Below, one piece after another: positions 20,163 through 28,393 of a stretch of DNA of 55,058 nucleotides; position 1 is the stretch's first letter; the number at the start of each line of letters is the position of its first letter. The position numbers and the translations under genes are program-made. Under the pieces are notes generated by a model, which was not told the DNA's origin, did no database searches, and saw only the letters and a list, made by a program, of their open reading frames with translations. The stretch spans positions 1-55,058 of the IMG/VR virus record IMGVR_UViG_3300021520_000004. One strand, written 5' to 3'. This DNA is from a virus (lineage: Duplodnaviria > Caudoviricetes).

Positions 20163-20726
20163 TCAGGAGCACCTGAATATCTTGATGTCGGCACCGTGCA
20201 ACTTCGCCCAGTCCCAGTCCACAAAGATGAAGGATGCGTTTGAGGTCCGCCTGATACCGTAGAGCCCGGCGATGCTGCGGGGGAGATCGACTACTTCTTG
20301 CGCGAGACGTATGAGGCCTGCGGTTCTCATGGCTGCGGCCGACAGAAGAACTCCATCCTGTCTCTTGCTCACATACGCCTGCACCCACAGGTGCGGGTAA
20401 ATCCAGCCACGGTCAGACTCGATCGCGCTGAGACGTTTCTCGTACTCGGTCTTTGCACCGGACGTGCGCGAGTAGCGAATGGTGAAGGTGTCCCAGGCCG
20501 TCTCCCACTGGATCCGACTGGCGATGCCTCGGATACCAAGCTCCTCCTGGTGATGCCAGGCGTCGATACCGGACGCCATGTCCATCAACCTGGCCATGCC
20601 GCTGTCGGTGACAGTCTCCACGGGGATGAGAGCGCCGCCGCCGAACCACGGAGACACAACCGGCCAGACAATCTCCACGAAGTCGCGAGCGCTGTCGGAC
20701 AGGTCTTTCGCGACAACCGCCCTCAT
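20163..20726 (-). CDS. Hypothetical protein coupled to the ParB-methylase (possible nuclease fold)
   Basis: 187 aa, ATGA overlap; MD..SGIDAW, ASRIQ, TFTIR, TEYEKR. Confidence 0.7.
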   Translation of the reverse strand: MRAVVAKDLSDSARDFVEIVWPVVSPWFGGGALIPVETVTDSGMARLMDMASGIDAWHHQEELGIRGIASRIQWETAWDTFTIRYSRTSGAKTEYEKRLSAIESDRGWIYPHLWVQAYVSKRQDGVLLSAAAMRTAGLIRLAQEVVDLPRSIAGLYGIRRTSNASFIFVDWDWAKLHGADIKIFRCS

Positions 20727-21955
20727 GCCGTCACCGTGAGTCCGCGTTGCTCGCAGATAGCGAGCATGGCGGGGTTCGTGTCGCATCCCCACCCTTGGCG
20801 TCCCAACCGCGCAGCCGCCAGAAGGTGCGTGCCGGTACCCGCAAATGGATCAATCACCAGCTGCCCCGGCGTGGTGGCGTGACGGATGTACTGCTCCACC
20901 AGATCGTCCGGCTTCTGCCAGGTGTGGTAGCGCACTTCGTGGCGCGCGTCGGGTGCGTTGACGATCTGGGCCGAGAACTGCTCGGTGAGTAGTTCACAGT
21001 TGAGAGACGGAGCCGCCGATCCGCGCAGGTAGAAACACGCCTGCCAGTTTCGCTTGTAGCCCATGCTGGGCGCCGGGCCGATGGTGTTGCGATAGGCCCA
21101 GACGAGCACATCGTCGAGCATCAGACGTTGCTGAGAGAGCAGCACGTCGAGGTAGGCGTGCATCTCTTGTGGGTAAGAGCCCGTGAAGATGTAGGCGCGG
21201 CCGGTAGGCTTCACCGCGTCGAGCGCCACCGGGAGCCAATGACGGGCGAAGGCAACCACGTCGTCAACGTCGGTCGAGTAGGGCGGGTCGGTGAGCAGCA
21301 GGTCCGCACCGCCGGAGTCGGCCACCATGCGCAGAAAGTCACAGGCGTCCGACTGCATCACCCGCGCGGTCAGAGTCTGAGGTAGGTCGGTTTCGATCCG
21401 GGCCGTCTCGCGCTCGACCTTCTGCAGCGCTTTGTACGCGCCGTCAACCTTGCCCGTCTTGTCCATCTTCTCGACGAGAGGCAAGAGTACGGGATCCGCC
21501 TCGGCGGCCTCGACAACGCGCCGCGCCTTCTCCAGCGTGCGGCCGGACATGCCGACGTAGGTGGCGGCCTTGTCCACCGTGCGACCGCTAGGGATAGCGA
21601 AACTTTCGCTATCCTCCCGATATGCCTTGTTCACACCTACCGGCGTCCGGACCTCATCCTCCACCGCCCGAGCGATATCCACAGCCTCGGACGGCGATAA
21701 GTCGAGTCGCTCGACGTTCTCGTCATGCTCGCCGCGCAGGATGTCCGCGAGGTCGAGGACGGTCACCGGCGTCTCAGTCCAACCGAGCAGACGCACGGCT
21801 GCAAGCCGCCGCTCTCCGGCGATGAGCCGATGGTCGGGAGTGACAACCGGCGGATGGAGTAGGCCGATTGCGGCAATGCTGTCGGCAAGGGACTGGATGT
21901 CCCCGAGGTTCTTGCGCCGCCGGGTACCGACGATGATGGAGTCGGTAGGGATCAT
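20723..21955 (-). CDS. ParB-like N-terminal domain fused to a DNA amino-methyltransferase
   Basis: LADSI..IGLLHP, AGERRLAA, ENVER; TDPPY, HTWQKP, DPFAGTGT. Confidence 0.9.
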   Translation of the reverse strand: MIPTDSIIVGTRRRKNLGDIQSLADSIAAIGLLHPPVVTPDHRLIAGERRLAAVRLLGWTETPVTVLDLADILRGEHDENVERLDLSPSEAVDIARAVEDEVRTPVGVNKAYREDSESFAIPSGRTVDKAATYVGMSGRTLEKARRVVEAAEADPVLLPLVEKMDKTGKVDGAYKALQKVERETARIETDLPQTLTARVMQSDACDFLRMVADSGGADLLLTDPPYSTDVDDVVAFARHWLPVALDAVKPTGRAYIFTGSYPQEMHAYLDVLLSQQRLMLDDVLVWAYRNTIGPAPSMGYKRNWQACFYLRGSAAPSLNCELLTEQFSAQIVNAPDARHEVRYHTWQKPDDLVEQYIRHATTPGQLVIDPFAGTGTHLLAAARLGRQGWGCDTNPAMLAICEQRGLTVTA

Positions 21956-22170
21956 GCCCTTGGCTCCCGTGCGCCGAACGTCTCAAACGTGTAGTCGAGA
22001 TCAGGCGTGTTGAACTGGGCCTGGTGCCTCAACTCATTGGCGTAGTGGCGCAGGCCGTTCGCCTGCTTGATGGCTTTCGCCAAGGCTCGCTCAAGTTCAG
22101 CGATCCGTGCAGGTTGAGAAGAGACGCCAGTCCCCTGCCTTACCGTAGGCGCGGGGGCAGGGAACTTCAT
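21952..22170 (-). CDS. Hypothetical protein
   Basis: 72 aa, ATGA overlaps at both ends. Confidence 0.6.
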   Translation of the reverse strand: MKFPAPAPTVRQGTGVSSQPARIAELERALAKAIKQANGLRHYANELRHQAQFNTPDLDYTFETFGAREPRA

Positions 22171-22352
22171 GCCGCTACCTTCCCACGCTGCAGAAGCCAG
22201 CGCATGATCTCGTCGGGACGGAACACGGGCGTGTCGCCGTAGACGGCCGCCGGGCGGGGGAAGTCCCCGTGTTTAGCTCGCCATGAACGCACGGTCACCG
22301 GGCGGCAACCTGCGAGCTTGGCTATGTCCTTGGTGGTAAGTAAAGTTTCCAT
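22167..22352 (-). CDS. AlpA/excisionase-like HTH protein (first gene of early operon, leaderless)
   Basis: LLTTKDIAKLAGCRPVTVRSWRAKHGDFPRP. Confidence 0.8.
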   Translation of the reverse strand: METLLTTKDIAKLAGCRPVTVRSWRAKHGDFPRPAAVYGDTPVFRPDEIMRWLLQRGKVAA

Positions 22353-22358
22353 GCCGTC

Positions 22359-22387
22359 ACTCTAGCACGAGTGCTACCGGCCGTCAA
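22359..22387 (-). promoter_or_regulatory. Early promoter with overlapping operator palindrome
   Basis: TTGACG-17 nt-TAGAGT, 6 nt before ATG; TAGCAC-N2-GTGCTA at 22363-22376 and a further half-site at 22393-22398. Confidence 0.8.
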
Positions 22388-22401
22388 CAGGCGTGCTATA
22401 G

Positions 22402-22442
22402 AACGACAGAAAGCCCCGCCGCCTGTACTAGCGCGACGGGGC
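22402..22442 (-). terminator. Intrinsic terminator
   Basis: GCCCCGTCGC-10 nt-GCGGCGGGGC then TTTCTGTCGTT. Confidence 0.65.
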
Positions 22443-22587
22443 AGTATGGCTCAGTGAATGGCTTTGAGCCATTGAGTGAGCCATTGCTCACCCTACTGAC
22501 GCCGATAGGGTGATGGGGCGTATGGCACGGAGGGTGACGAGAGGCACGCGTCCAACCATTTCGCCGATCTCGACAGAATGGTCCGCG

Positions 22588-22821
22588 CTACCAGCCGATA
22601 TCCCACAGCGCCGAATGACGGTGTGTGAACCGGGTTGGGCTCACTGACTCTGAATCGTTCCACCGGCCGTCCCGCCACTGGCGCCTCAGACGATGCTCGT
22701 ACTCCTTGCTGGCCCAACGGCGGGCACCGATGCCGGGCTGGATACAGCCCCACAGTAGATGCCTGCGATTGCGGAAGTCCTTGCGCTTCTCAATGCGCGG
22801 GTTCGGGTTGAGACGGGCCAT
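22588..22821 (-). CDS. Basic hypothetical protein
   Basis: GGGAGGT RBS, 77 aa, Arg/Trp-rich. Confidence 0.55.
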   Translation of the reverse strand: MARLNPNPRIEKRKDFRNRRHLLWGCIQPGIGARRWASKEYEHRLRRQWRDGRWNDSESVSPTRFTHRHSALWDIGW

Positions 22822-23020
22822 GTCATACCTCCCCTCGGATACCTACAACATGGCCCCTCCTAATTATCGTTTCAGCCCGATCCCGGAAATGGCGGCGGTG
22901 CGGCCAGACTCTTATTTCAGCGGACAGCAATAGCCGCTCCTCCCGTGTTACTCTGAGTACAGATCCCTTCGTCCGGGCCTTCGCAAGGGCTCGCCGGCCA
23001 ACGCCAGCGGGCCTTTTGCG

Positions 23021-23329
23021 TTACCACTCGCCCCCCGTCCATCCCTTGACCGACCGCGTGTCCATGGCGAGCGCGGCAGCGATAGTCACCTCAAGTTTTG
23101 CGCCCCGCGATTTCGTCCAGCCGAAAAGCATCACCACCCCATCGCAGTCCGTGAGCGCCTTGATATCCCGGCGCATGTGGTGCGCCCACGGGAGCGACGT
23201 ATCGTCGCCAGCCTCGGCCGGGTTGACCACCTCATACCCGGCGGCTCGAAGCTCTGCGGCTGCCGCGTGGAAGGCGGGGTAGTTGAAGTCGGCTTTCCCG
23301 GACATGGGGCCGGCGAGGTAGAGTTTCAT
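23021..23329 (-). CDS. DUF4406 / nucleoside deoxyribosyltransferase-like protein
   Basis: KLYLAGPMSG..FNYPAF..NPAE..CD....GW..SRGA.LE. Confidence 0.85.
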   Translation of the reverse strand: MKLYLAGPMSGKADFNYPAFHAAAAELRAAGYEVVNPAEAGDDTSLPWAHHMRRDIKALTDCDGVVMLFGWTKSRGAKLEVTIAAALAMDTRSVKGWTGGEW

Positions 23330-23532
23330 CGCTCGAACACCAGCCACCAGGCGCCCACCAACAGCCCGGTCACACCCAACTGGATCCACCACCCGGCGTT
23401 GGAGAGGGCCAGGGCGAAGCAGACGGTGACCACGGCGATGCCGATGCGGGCCTTCCACGTCTCGTGGCGCTCGCGGCGGTGTTCCTCGCGTTGTTCGCGC
23501 CAGAACTCGGCGATCTGGTGACGCTCGTTCAT
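23326..23532 (-). CDS. Small membrane protein
   Basis: Two hydrophobic segments; ATGA overlaps. Confidence 0.6.
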   Translation of the reverse strand: MNERHQIAEFWREQREEHRRERHETWKARIGIAVVTVCFALALSNAGWWIQLGVTGLLVGAWWLVFER

Positions 23533-23756
23533 TCTCCACGCTCCAAGGTTGTGTCCTCGAACCAGTCGCTCGGCACCCCGAGATACTTCGTACCGTTGAG
23601 GCCCTCGACATCGCGGTGATCGTCCGGCCACACCTTCAGCACCTTGACCAGGATCGTTTTCCTCGCTTCTGGCAGGTACATGGGTACCACAGGAGGGTGG
23701 AGGTTCTCGTACATGCAAGAATCGAACCGAGAGCCACCTGGGTTGTTCATCCGCAT
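23529..23756 (-). CDS. Hypothetical protein
   Basis: AGGAG RBS before MRMNNPGG. Confidence 0.5.
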   Translation of the reverse strand: MRMNNPGGSRFDSCMYENLHPPVVPMYLPEARKTILVKVLKVWPDDHRDVEGLNGTKYLGVPSDWFEDTTLERGE

Positions 23757-23915
23757 CTCCTGTGTCTGGGACGTTACAGTACACCATACATCGACTGCCC
23801 CTCTCATGCAAGTAGCCCGCCGGGTCGAAACCTGACGGGCTACTTTGCGAGACGGCCCTGGACACGAAAGGTGGTCAGTCCGTCCTGCCGGTGATCAATG
23901 TCGGGCTCTGCCGGC

Positions 23916-24116
23916 CTACCCGTCCTGCTTGGGCGCGGTGTCCCGGTGATGCTCGGACAACCACGTTTTCACGAGATCCCAGTCGTACACCAGGGTGCCC
24001 CCGTACTCGGCGAGATACTCGGGGAAGTCATCGAAGCGGTAGCGCCACTGGCGCACGGTGCCGGGTAGCACCCCGCATTCCCTGGCTATCTCGCGAGTAG
24101 TCACCACGGTGTCCAT
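23916..24116 (-). CDS. AlpA/excisionase-like HTH protein (leaderless), paralog of 22167-22352
   Basis: MDTVVTTREIARECGVLPGTVRQWRYRFDDFP..YGGTLVY aligns with METLLTTKDIAKLAGCRPVTVRSWRAKHGDFP..YGDTPVF. Confidence 0.8.
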   Translation of the reverse strand: MDTVVTTREIARECGVLPGTVRQWRYRFDDFPEYLAEYGGTLVYDWDLVKTWLSEHHRDTAPKQDG

Positions 24117-24122
24117 GCGGCC

Positions 24123-24131
24123 ATTGTACCA
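24123..24131 (-). promoter_or_regulatory. Extended -10 promoter, leaderless
   Basis: TGG-TACAAT 6 nt upstream of the ATG at 24116. Confidence 0.7.
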
Positions 24132-24291
24132 CGGATGTCCTGATGTGTAACGTGTGAGGTACTCACTGTCATCGCTGACCGCTCCCACTCCTTCAAGGAG
24201 GGGGCGGGGGGGGTGGATGGTTTGCTGGTTCTTCCTCGGTGTGTCCTAGGTTTGTTCCTCCCTAGGTAGTAAAGATAAGCAGTCCCATTCC

Positions 24292-24377
24292 TGTGGACAA
24301 CTGCCACTAAGCCAGGACTGAACCCGTTTCATCATGTGTGAAATGTTGTTCACAACCTGTGGATACTGTGTGGATAA
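24292..24377. promoter_or_regulatory. Cluster of four DnaA boxes
   Basis: TGTGGACAA 24292, TTGTTCACA 24346, TGTGGATAC 24358, TGTGGATAA 24369 in an AT-richer intergenic region. Confidence 0.75.
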
Positions 24378-24381
24378 CGAC

Positions 24382-24427
24382 AAAAAGGCCCCCGCCTAGA
24401 CCGTTGGGCGTCGGTCTAGGCGGGGGC
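24382..24427 (-). terminator. Strong intrinsic terminator ending the late operon
   Basis: Perfect 16-bp stem GCCCCCGCCTAGACCG/CGGTCTAGGCGGGGGC followed by CTTTTT on the minus strand. Confidence 0.9.
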
Positions 24428-24451
24428 AGCCGGGGAGGGAGAGAACTTGGG

Positions 24452-25246
24452 TCAGAGTCCGCGAATCATCGGACCCGACCAGTCGATAGCCAGAGCGGAG
24501 ATCTCCTCGCCGCAGAACTTGTGCGCCACGCGCGACGGCCGGGGGCGCTTGCGGTCAACACCCGTGCGCCCCGGTACCAACGATGGGCCGTCGGCATGGT
24601 CGGCAAGACAGGGCCACGTGTACCATGCGCGAATGCCCCACTCCTCCCAGTAGCGCGAGAGCCTGAGATCGTAGTTCAGGATGTCCACCAGGGGGTCGCA
24701 GAACTCGATCATCGGCACCACCGTCTCGGTCGGCACGACGATGAGCGGACCCCAGTGAATCTGTCGCATGGTGATCCACGATGCGCCCTTGCGGTCGGCG
24801 AGCGCGACGAGATCCTTCACCTTGTCGTTCTGGGGCCTCAGACGGCCCACGTAGCCCACGAGGGGAGCTTCGGGAGGGATGTAGGCCAGAGCGCGCTCCA
24901 GGCCCGCCAGGAGGTCGTGAGGGATCAGTACGTCATCCTGGAGGACGAGGTGATGGGTGCAGTCGGGATCGGCCGCCAGCATACTGCGCCGACCGGTGTC
25001 CCATCGGTCCTGCAACTGATCCCAGACCACCGGCACCTCGCGGTCGAGCTTCCCGATGAGATGCTCGACCTGTCCCGCTCTGGCCGGGTGCGCCATGATG
25101 GCGGCCGAGAGCCGGATCTCCCTGTCGGAGGGTATCGTCCGAGGGAGGGGGGCTTCACGCTGTGGTTCCCGCGGCGCTCGCACTGGTTCCGGTCGCTCGC
25201 GCTTCGCCTTCTGCATCTGGGCGTTGGTGAAGATGGGGCCGTTCAC
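24452..25246 (-). CDS. Glycosyltransferase (GT-A-like), paralog 3
   Basis: LSAAIMAHP.R..WDTGRR..THHLVLQDD..WYTWP.LADH. Confidence 0.8.
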   Translation of the reverse strand: MNGPIFTNAQMQKAKRERPEPVRAPREPQREAPLPRTIPSDREIRLSAAIMAHPARAGQVEHLIGKLDREVPVVWDQLQDRWDTGRRSMLAADPDCTHHLVLQDDVLIPHDLLAGLERALAYIPPEAPLVGYVGRLRPQNDKVKDLVALADRKGASWITMRQIHWGPLIVVPTETVVPMIEFCDPLVDILNYDLRLSRYWEEWGIRAWYTWPCLADHADGPSLVPGRTGVDRKRPRPSRVAHKFCGEEISALAIDWSGPMIRGL

Positions 25247-25962
25247 TGCCCACCCCGCCGGTCGATAGTGATCTCGGGGAGTAGGCCGCCGGCCGCATTC
25301 ACCACAGGCCCGTCCCAGTTCACCTTGAGCGCCGACCGGTCCCGGCCCAGAAAGTGTTCGGCCACCCGGCCGCCGGGATGACCCGGTCGTGCCATCGGCC
25401 GGCCGGGTACCACCGAGGGACTCTCACGATGGTCGACCAGCGACGGCCACGTGTACCAGACCCGCACCCCGCGCTCCAGCTCCCAGTAGCGGGAGAGGCG
25501 CCGGTCATAGTTGGGGATGGTCGTGAGCGTGTCGCAGTGAGCCACCATCGCGTCGATGGCCTCGGTGGGCACCACGACAAGCGGTCCCCAGTTCAGCGTG
25601 TGCATGGTCAGGAACGACGCCTTCATGCCGTCCGCCGTCGTCACGGCATCCGCAAGGAAGGGCAGCCGCGGCCGGTAGCGACCCACGTAGCCGCACAGAG
25701 GGGCCTCAGAGGGCACGTAGGCGAGCGCGGCGGCCAGACCGGCCAGGAGGTCGCGACAGGGCACCGCGTCGTCCTGGAGGACCACGTGATGCGTACAGGC
25801 GGGGTCGTAGGCGAGCATGGCACGGCGGCCGGTATCCCAACGGTCAGCCCACCGGTCCCAGATCACCGGGAGCTCGGGGTCGCCCAGTGCGGCGAGCAGA
25901 TCCGGTATGAACGACTGGCGCATCGGGTGGGCCATGATGGCCGCCGACAGGGTGACGGTCAT
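25243..25962 (-). CDS. Glycosyltransferase (GT-A-like), paralog 2
   Basis: LSAAIMAHP.R..WDTGRR..THHVVLQDD..WYTWPSLVDH. Confidence 0.8.
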   Translation of the reverse strand: MTVTLSAAIMAHPMRQSFIPDLLAALGDPELPVIWDRWADRWDTGRRAMLAYDPACTHHVVLQDDAVPCRDLLAGLAAALAYVPSEAPLCGYVGRYRPRLPFLADAVTTADGMKASFLTMHTLNWGPLVVVPTEAIDAMVAHCDTLTTIPNYDRRLSRYWELERGVRVWYTWPSLVDHRESPSVVPGRPMARPGHPGGRVAEHFLGRDRSALKVNWDGPVVNAAGGLLPEITIDRRGGQ

Positions 25963-26531
25963 GCTTCCTCCTTGCGGAAGACCCACATGCCGATCTCCTC
26001 CTCCATCTCGTCCTCCGGTCTGCTCACGATGCCCCAGCCCTTCGGTACGTCATCCAAGAACCTCCGGTGCAGGACATGCGCCCGCCCGCGCTCCACCTTG
26101 TTACTGGACTGGATGCAGACCAGGGGCGCCGACCCGAAGACGAGCTCCAGGTGCCGGCGGTAGAGAGTGTCATCCACCAGATGGAAGATGATGTCCAGGG
26201 AAAGCGCGAGGTCGGCCTCGGGCAGTGGCGGCGGGGTGACTCCATCATAGAGGGCGAAGGCCCAACCGGGGCGGTCACCACAGGCGTCCTTGCACAGTCG
26301 TAGGCCCTCGGGCGAGACGTCCAGACCCAGGTACCGAGCCACCCGCAGCCGCGAGGCCACCCGGCCATCACCGCAGCCCCAGTCGATGACGGACGCCACG
26401 CCCTCGCTCTCGATCAGGGTATTGACGAAATTCCCCTTGGTCCGCGCCGCCCTGCGCCGGGAGCCCAAGCCGGAGCCTTTGCCGCGGCGGTAGCGGTCGT
26501 CCCAGTAGGCCAACGTGTCGAAGTCGCTCAT
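25959..26531 (-). CDS. Class I SAM-dependent methyltransferase
   Basis: YWDDRY..G.GSG.GS, VIDWGCGDG, YLGLDVS, SLDIIFHL. Confidence 0.88.
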   Translation of the reverse strand: MSDFDTLAYWDDRYRRGKGSGLGSRRRAARTKGNFVNTLIESEGVASVIDWGCGDGRVASRLRVARYLGLDVSPEGLRLCKDACGDRPGWAFALYDGVTPPPLPEADLALSLDIIFHLVDDTLYRRHLELVFGSAPLVCIQSSNKVERGRAHVLHRRFLDDVPKGWGIVSRPEDEMEEEIGMWVFRKEEA

Positions 26532-27118
26532 GCTTCATCCAATCTCACGAAATCACCCAGAAGACGCAGCTTCTCAATGAGCCGCGGCAAGGCGAACAAG
26601 GTGGCATCCGGCCATGCATGGAGAACGATCTTCACGGGGTCTGCCTTGGAAGCGATGACGTCTTTCACGCACTCGAGTATCGACGCCGGCGTGGCCTCGG
26701 GATCCCAGTCCCTCGGGTCGACATCCCAGCCCACATGGCGATACCCAAGGTTGTCGAGAAGTTCTGTCATGCCTGGATGGCGTGGGCCCGCTCCGTCCCC
26801 GTAAGGCAGTCGAAACCAGGGCCGGGGGTCAACCCCGCACACGGCTACGATGGCGGCCTCGGCCTTGGTCACACTTTCCTTGGCCCCCGGTTCCCGCAGC
26901 TTGGTCATCGGCGCATGCCAGTGCGAGTGGTTCCCGATGAGGTGACCATCGTCGCGGATCCTCCGCAGCAGATGCGGATGCGAGAGCGCCCAGGCTCCTT
27001 GCACGAAGAAGGTGGCCTTCACCCCTTCGGCCTTGAGTATCTCCACCATGAGTTCGGGGTTCTCGGGGTCGCAGGGTCTATCCGGGTGTTCGGTGTCGAT
27101 CGTGAGCGCGATACGCAT
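26528..27118 (-). CDS. Polysaccharide deacetylase (NodB/CE4)
   Basis: ALTID, ATFFVQG, GNHSHWH, FRLPYG, WDVDPRDW, IVLH. Confidence 0.9.
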   Translation of the reverse strand: MRIALTIDTEHPDRPCDPENPELMVEILKAEGVKATFFVQGAWALSHPHLLRRIRDDGHLIGNHSHWHAPMTKLREPGAKESVTKAEAAIVAVCGVDPRPWFRLPYGDGAGPRHPGMTELLDNLGYRHVGWDVDPRDWDPEATPASILECVKDVIASKADPVKIVLHAWPDATLFALPRLIEKLRLLGDFVRLDEA

Positions 27119-27781
27119 TCAGCATCTCCTCCCGGTCACGGGCCCCAGCCAGTTCCATTCAAGGGCCGAGGCATCTTCGCCAATGAACCGAAACGCTCGC
27201 GTGAACCCGCTGCCCAGAAGCGACGGACCCTCGCGATGGTCCACCAATGACGGCCACGTGTACCAACAGCGCCAGTCCATCACGTCACGGCAATACCGGC
27301 CGATGCGCTGGTCGTCTGCCGGGAAGGCAGCGCCACCTTCCCACGCGAGCATCGGTTCGATGATCCAAGCCGGGAGGACGATCGCGAGTCCCCACCGGAG
27401 CGTCGGCAGCACGAGCCATGAGCAGTCGTCCGCCTCAGCGAGCGCCACCCGCTGCCGCACGCGCGCTACTCCCGTGGCACCCGGGTGAGGCGTCCCCACG
27501 AAGAGGGAGGCGATGGTGTCGAAGGGAGCGCGGGAGGCGAGCGCGGCTTCGAGCCCGGCCCGAAAGTCGCGGCAGACGAGCGCGTCATCTTGGAGAACGA
27601 GGTGGTGAGTCGCGTCCGGGTGGTACATCCTCCAGGCCCGGGAGCATGTGTCCCATAGGCCGAGGCTGCGGTCCCAAGATACGGCGCTGTCCTCGAGGCC
27701 TACCTTCTCCTGGAGATCGTGGACCCATCCTGAGCGCGACGGGTGAGCCATGATGGAGACGGAGAGGCGGGTCTCGCTCAC
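27119..27781 (-). CDS. Glycosyltransferase (GT-A-like), paralog 1
   Basis: LSVSIMAHPSR..WDT..THHLVLQDD..WYTWPSLVDH. Confidence 0.8.
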   Translation of the reverse strand: MSETRLSVSIMAHPSRSGWVHDLQEKVGLEDSAVSWDRSLGLWDTCSRAWRMYHPDATHHLVLQDDALVCRDFRAGLEAALASRAPFDTIASLFVGTPHPGATGVARVRQRVALAEADDCSWLVLPTLRWGLAIVLPAWIIEPMLAWEGGAAFPADDQRIGRYCRDVMDWRCWYTWPSLVDHREGPSLLGSGFTRAFRFIGEDASALEWNWLGPVTGRRC

Positions 27782-28380
27782 TACTTGAAGCCGACGGCCG
27801 GATGCGGCTGTAGATCCCAGCAGCGCCAGCCGCCGCGGCGCACCAGTTCGTTCACCGCTTCAGTGACTCCGCGGTTGCACTTCTTCTCGCTGTCGTAGTC
27901 ATCGAAGCAGACGATGGCCCCCGGCGCGAGATGCGGTTCCCATGCGGTGAAGTCGCCCATCACGCCCTCATAGGTGTGGTGAGAGTCGATGTGGAGAAGG
28001 CCCACGGGGCGGCCGGTCCACTCCTTGCCAGCGTCGGCGCCGAAAGCCCGGAAGGCGGTGATGCGTTCGCCCAGTCCCGTGCTCCCCACCTGAGAGCAGA
28101 ACGCCTTCATGGTGTCCTCCTCTGCGAAACCGAAGCGGCCGGTGATGTTACCGGCGAGGTTCCAGGGGTCGATGCACCACACCTTGGCCCCGTTGCCGCA
28201 CTGGGCGCCCTCGGCGAGGTAGCACCCGCTCTTGCCCTTGTACGACCCGCACTCCACGATCACTTCGTCGGCCGGTACGGTTGCGGCAAGCTCGGCAAGT
28301 CGCAGGCCCATCTCGTCAGAGATCAGCCCCTCAAGCGCGGCCAGCATCTTCAGACGGTCCTCCGGTATGGATACGCTCAC
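27781..28380 (-). CDS. Class I SAM-dependent methyltransferase (Methyltransf_24-like)
   Basis: VECGSYKGKSG, IDPW, LLHIDSHHTYEGV..D, FDDY; GAGGAG RBS before GTG. Confidence 0.88.
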   Translation of the reverse strand: MSVSIPEDRLKMLAALEGLISDEMGLRLAELAATVPADEVIVECGSYKGKSGCYLAEGAQCGNGAKVWCIDPWNLAGNITGRFGFAEEDTMKAFCSQVGSTGLGERITAFRAFGADAGKEWTGRPVGLLHIDSHHTYEGVMGDFTAWEPHLAPGAIVCFDDYDSEKKCNRGVTEAVNELVRRGGWRCWDLQPHPAVGFK

Positions 28381-28393
28381 AGCGGTTTTCTCC

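Noticed and set aside
22830-23020. Possible ribozyme or riboswitch in the hairpin-rich gap
   Set aside because: Could not match hammerhead, twister or c-di-GMP consensus; part is explained by a possible 35-aa TTG-start ORF with a GGAGGAG RBS.
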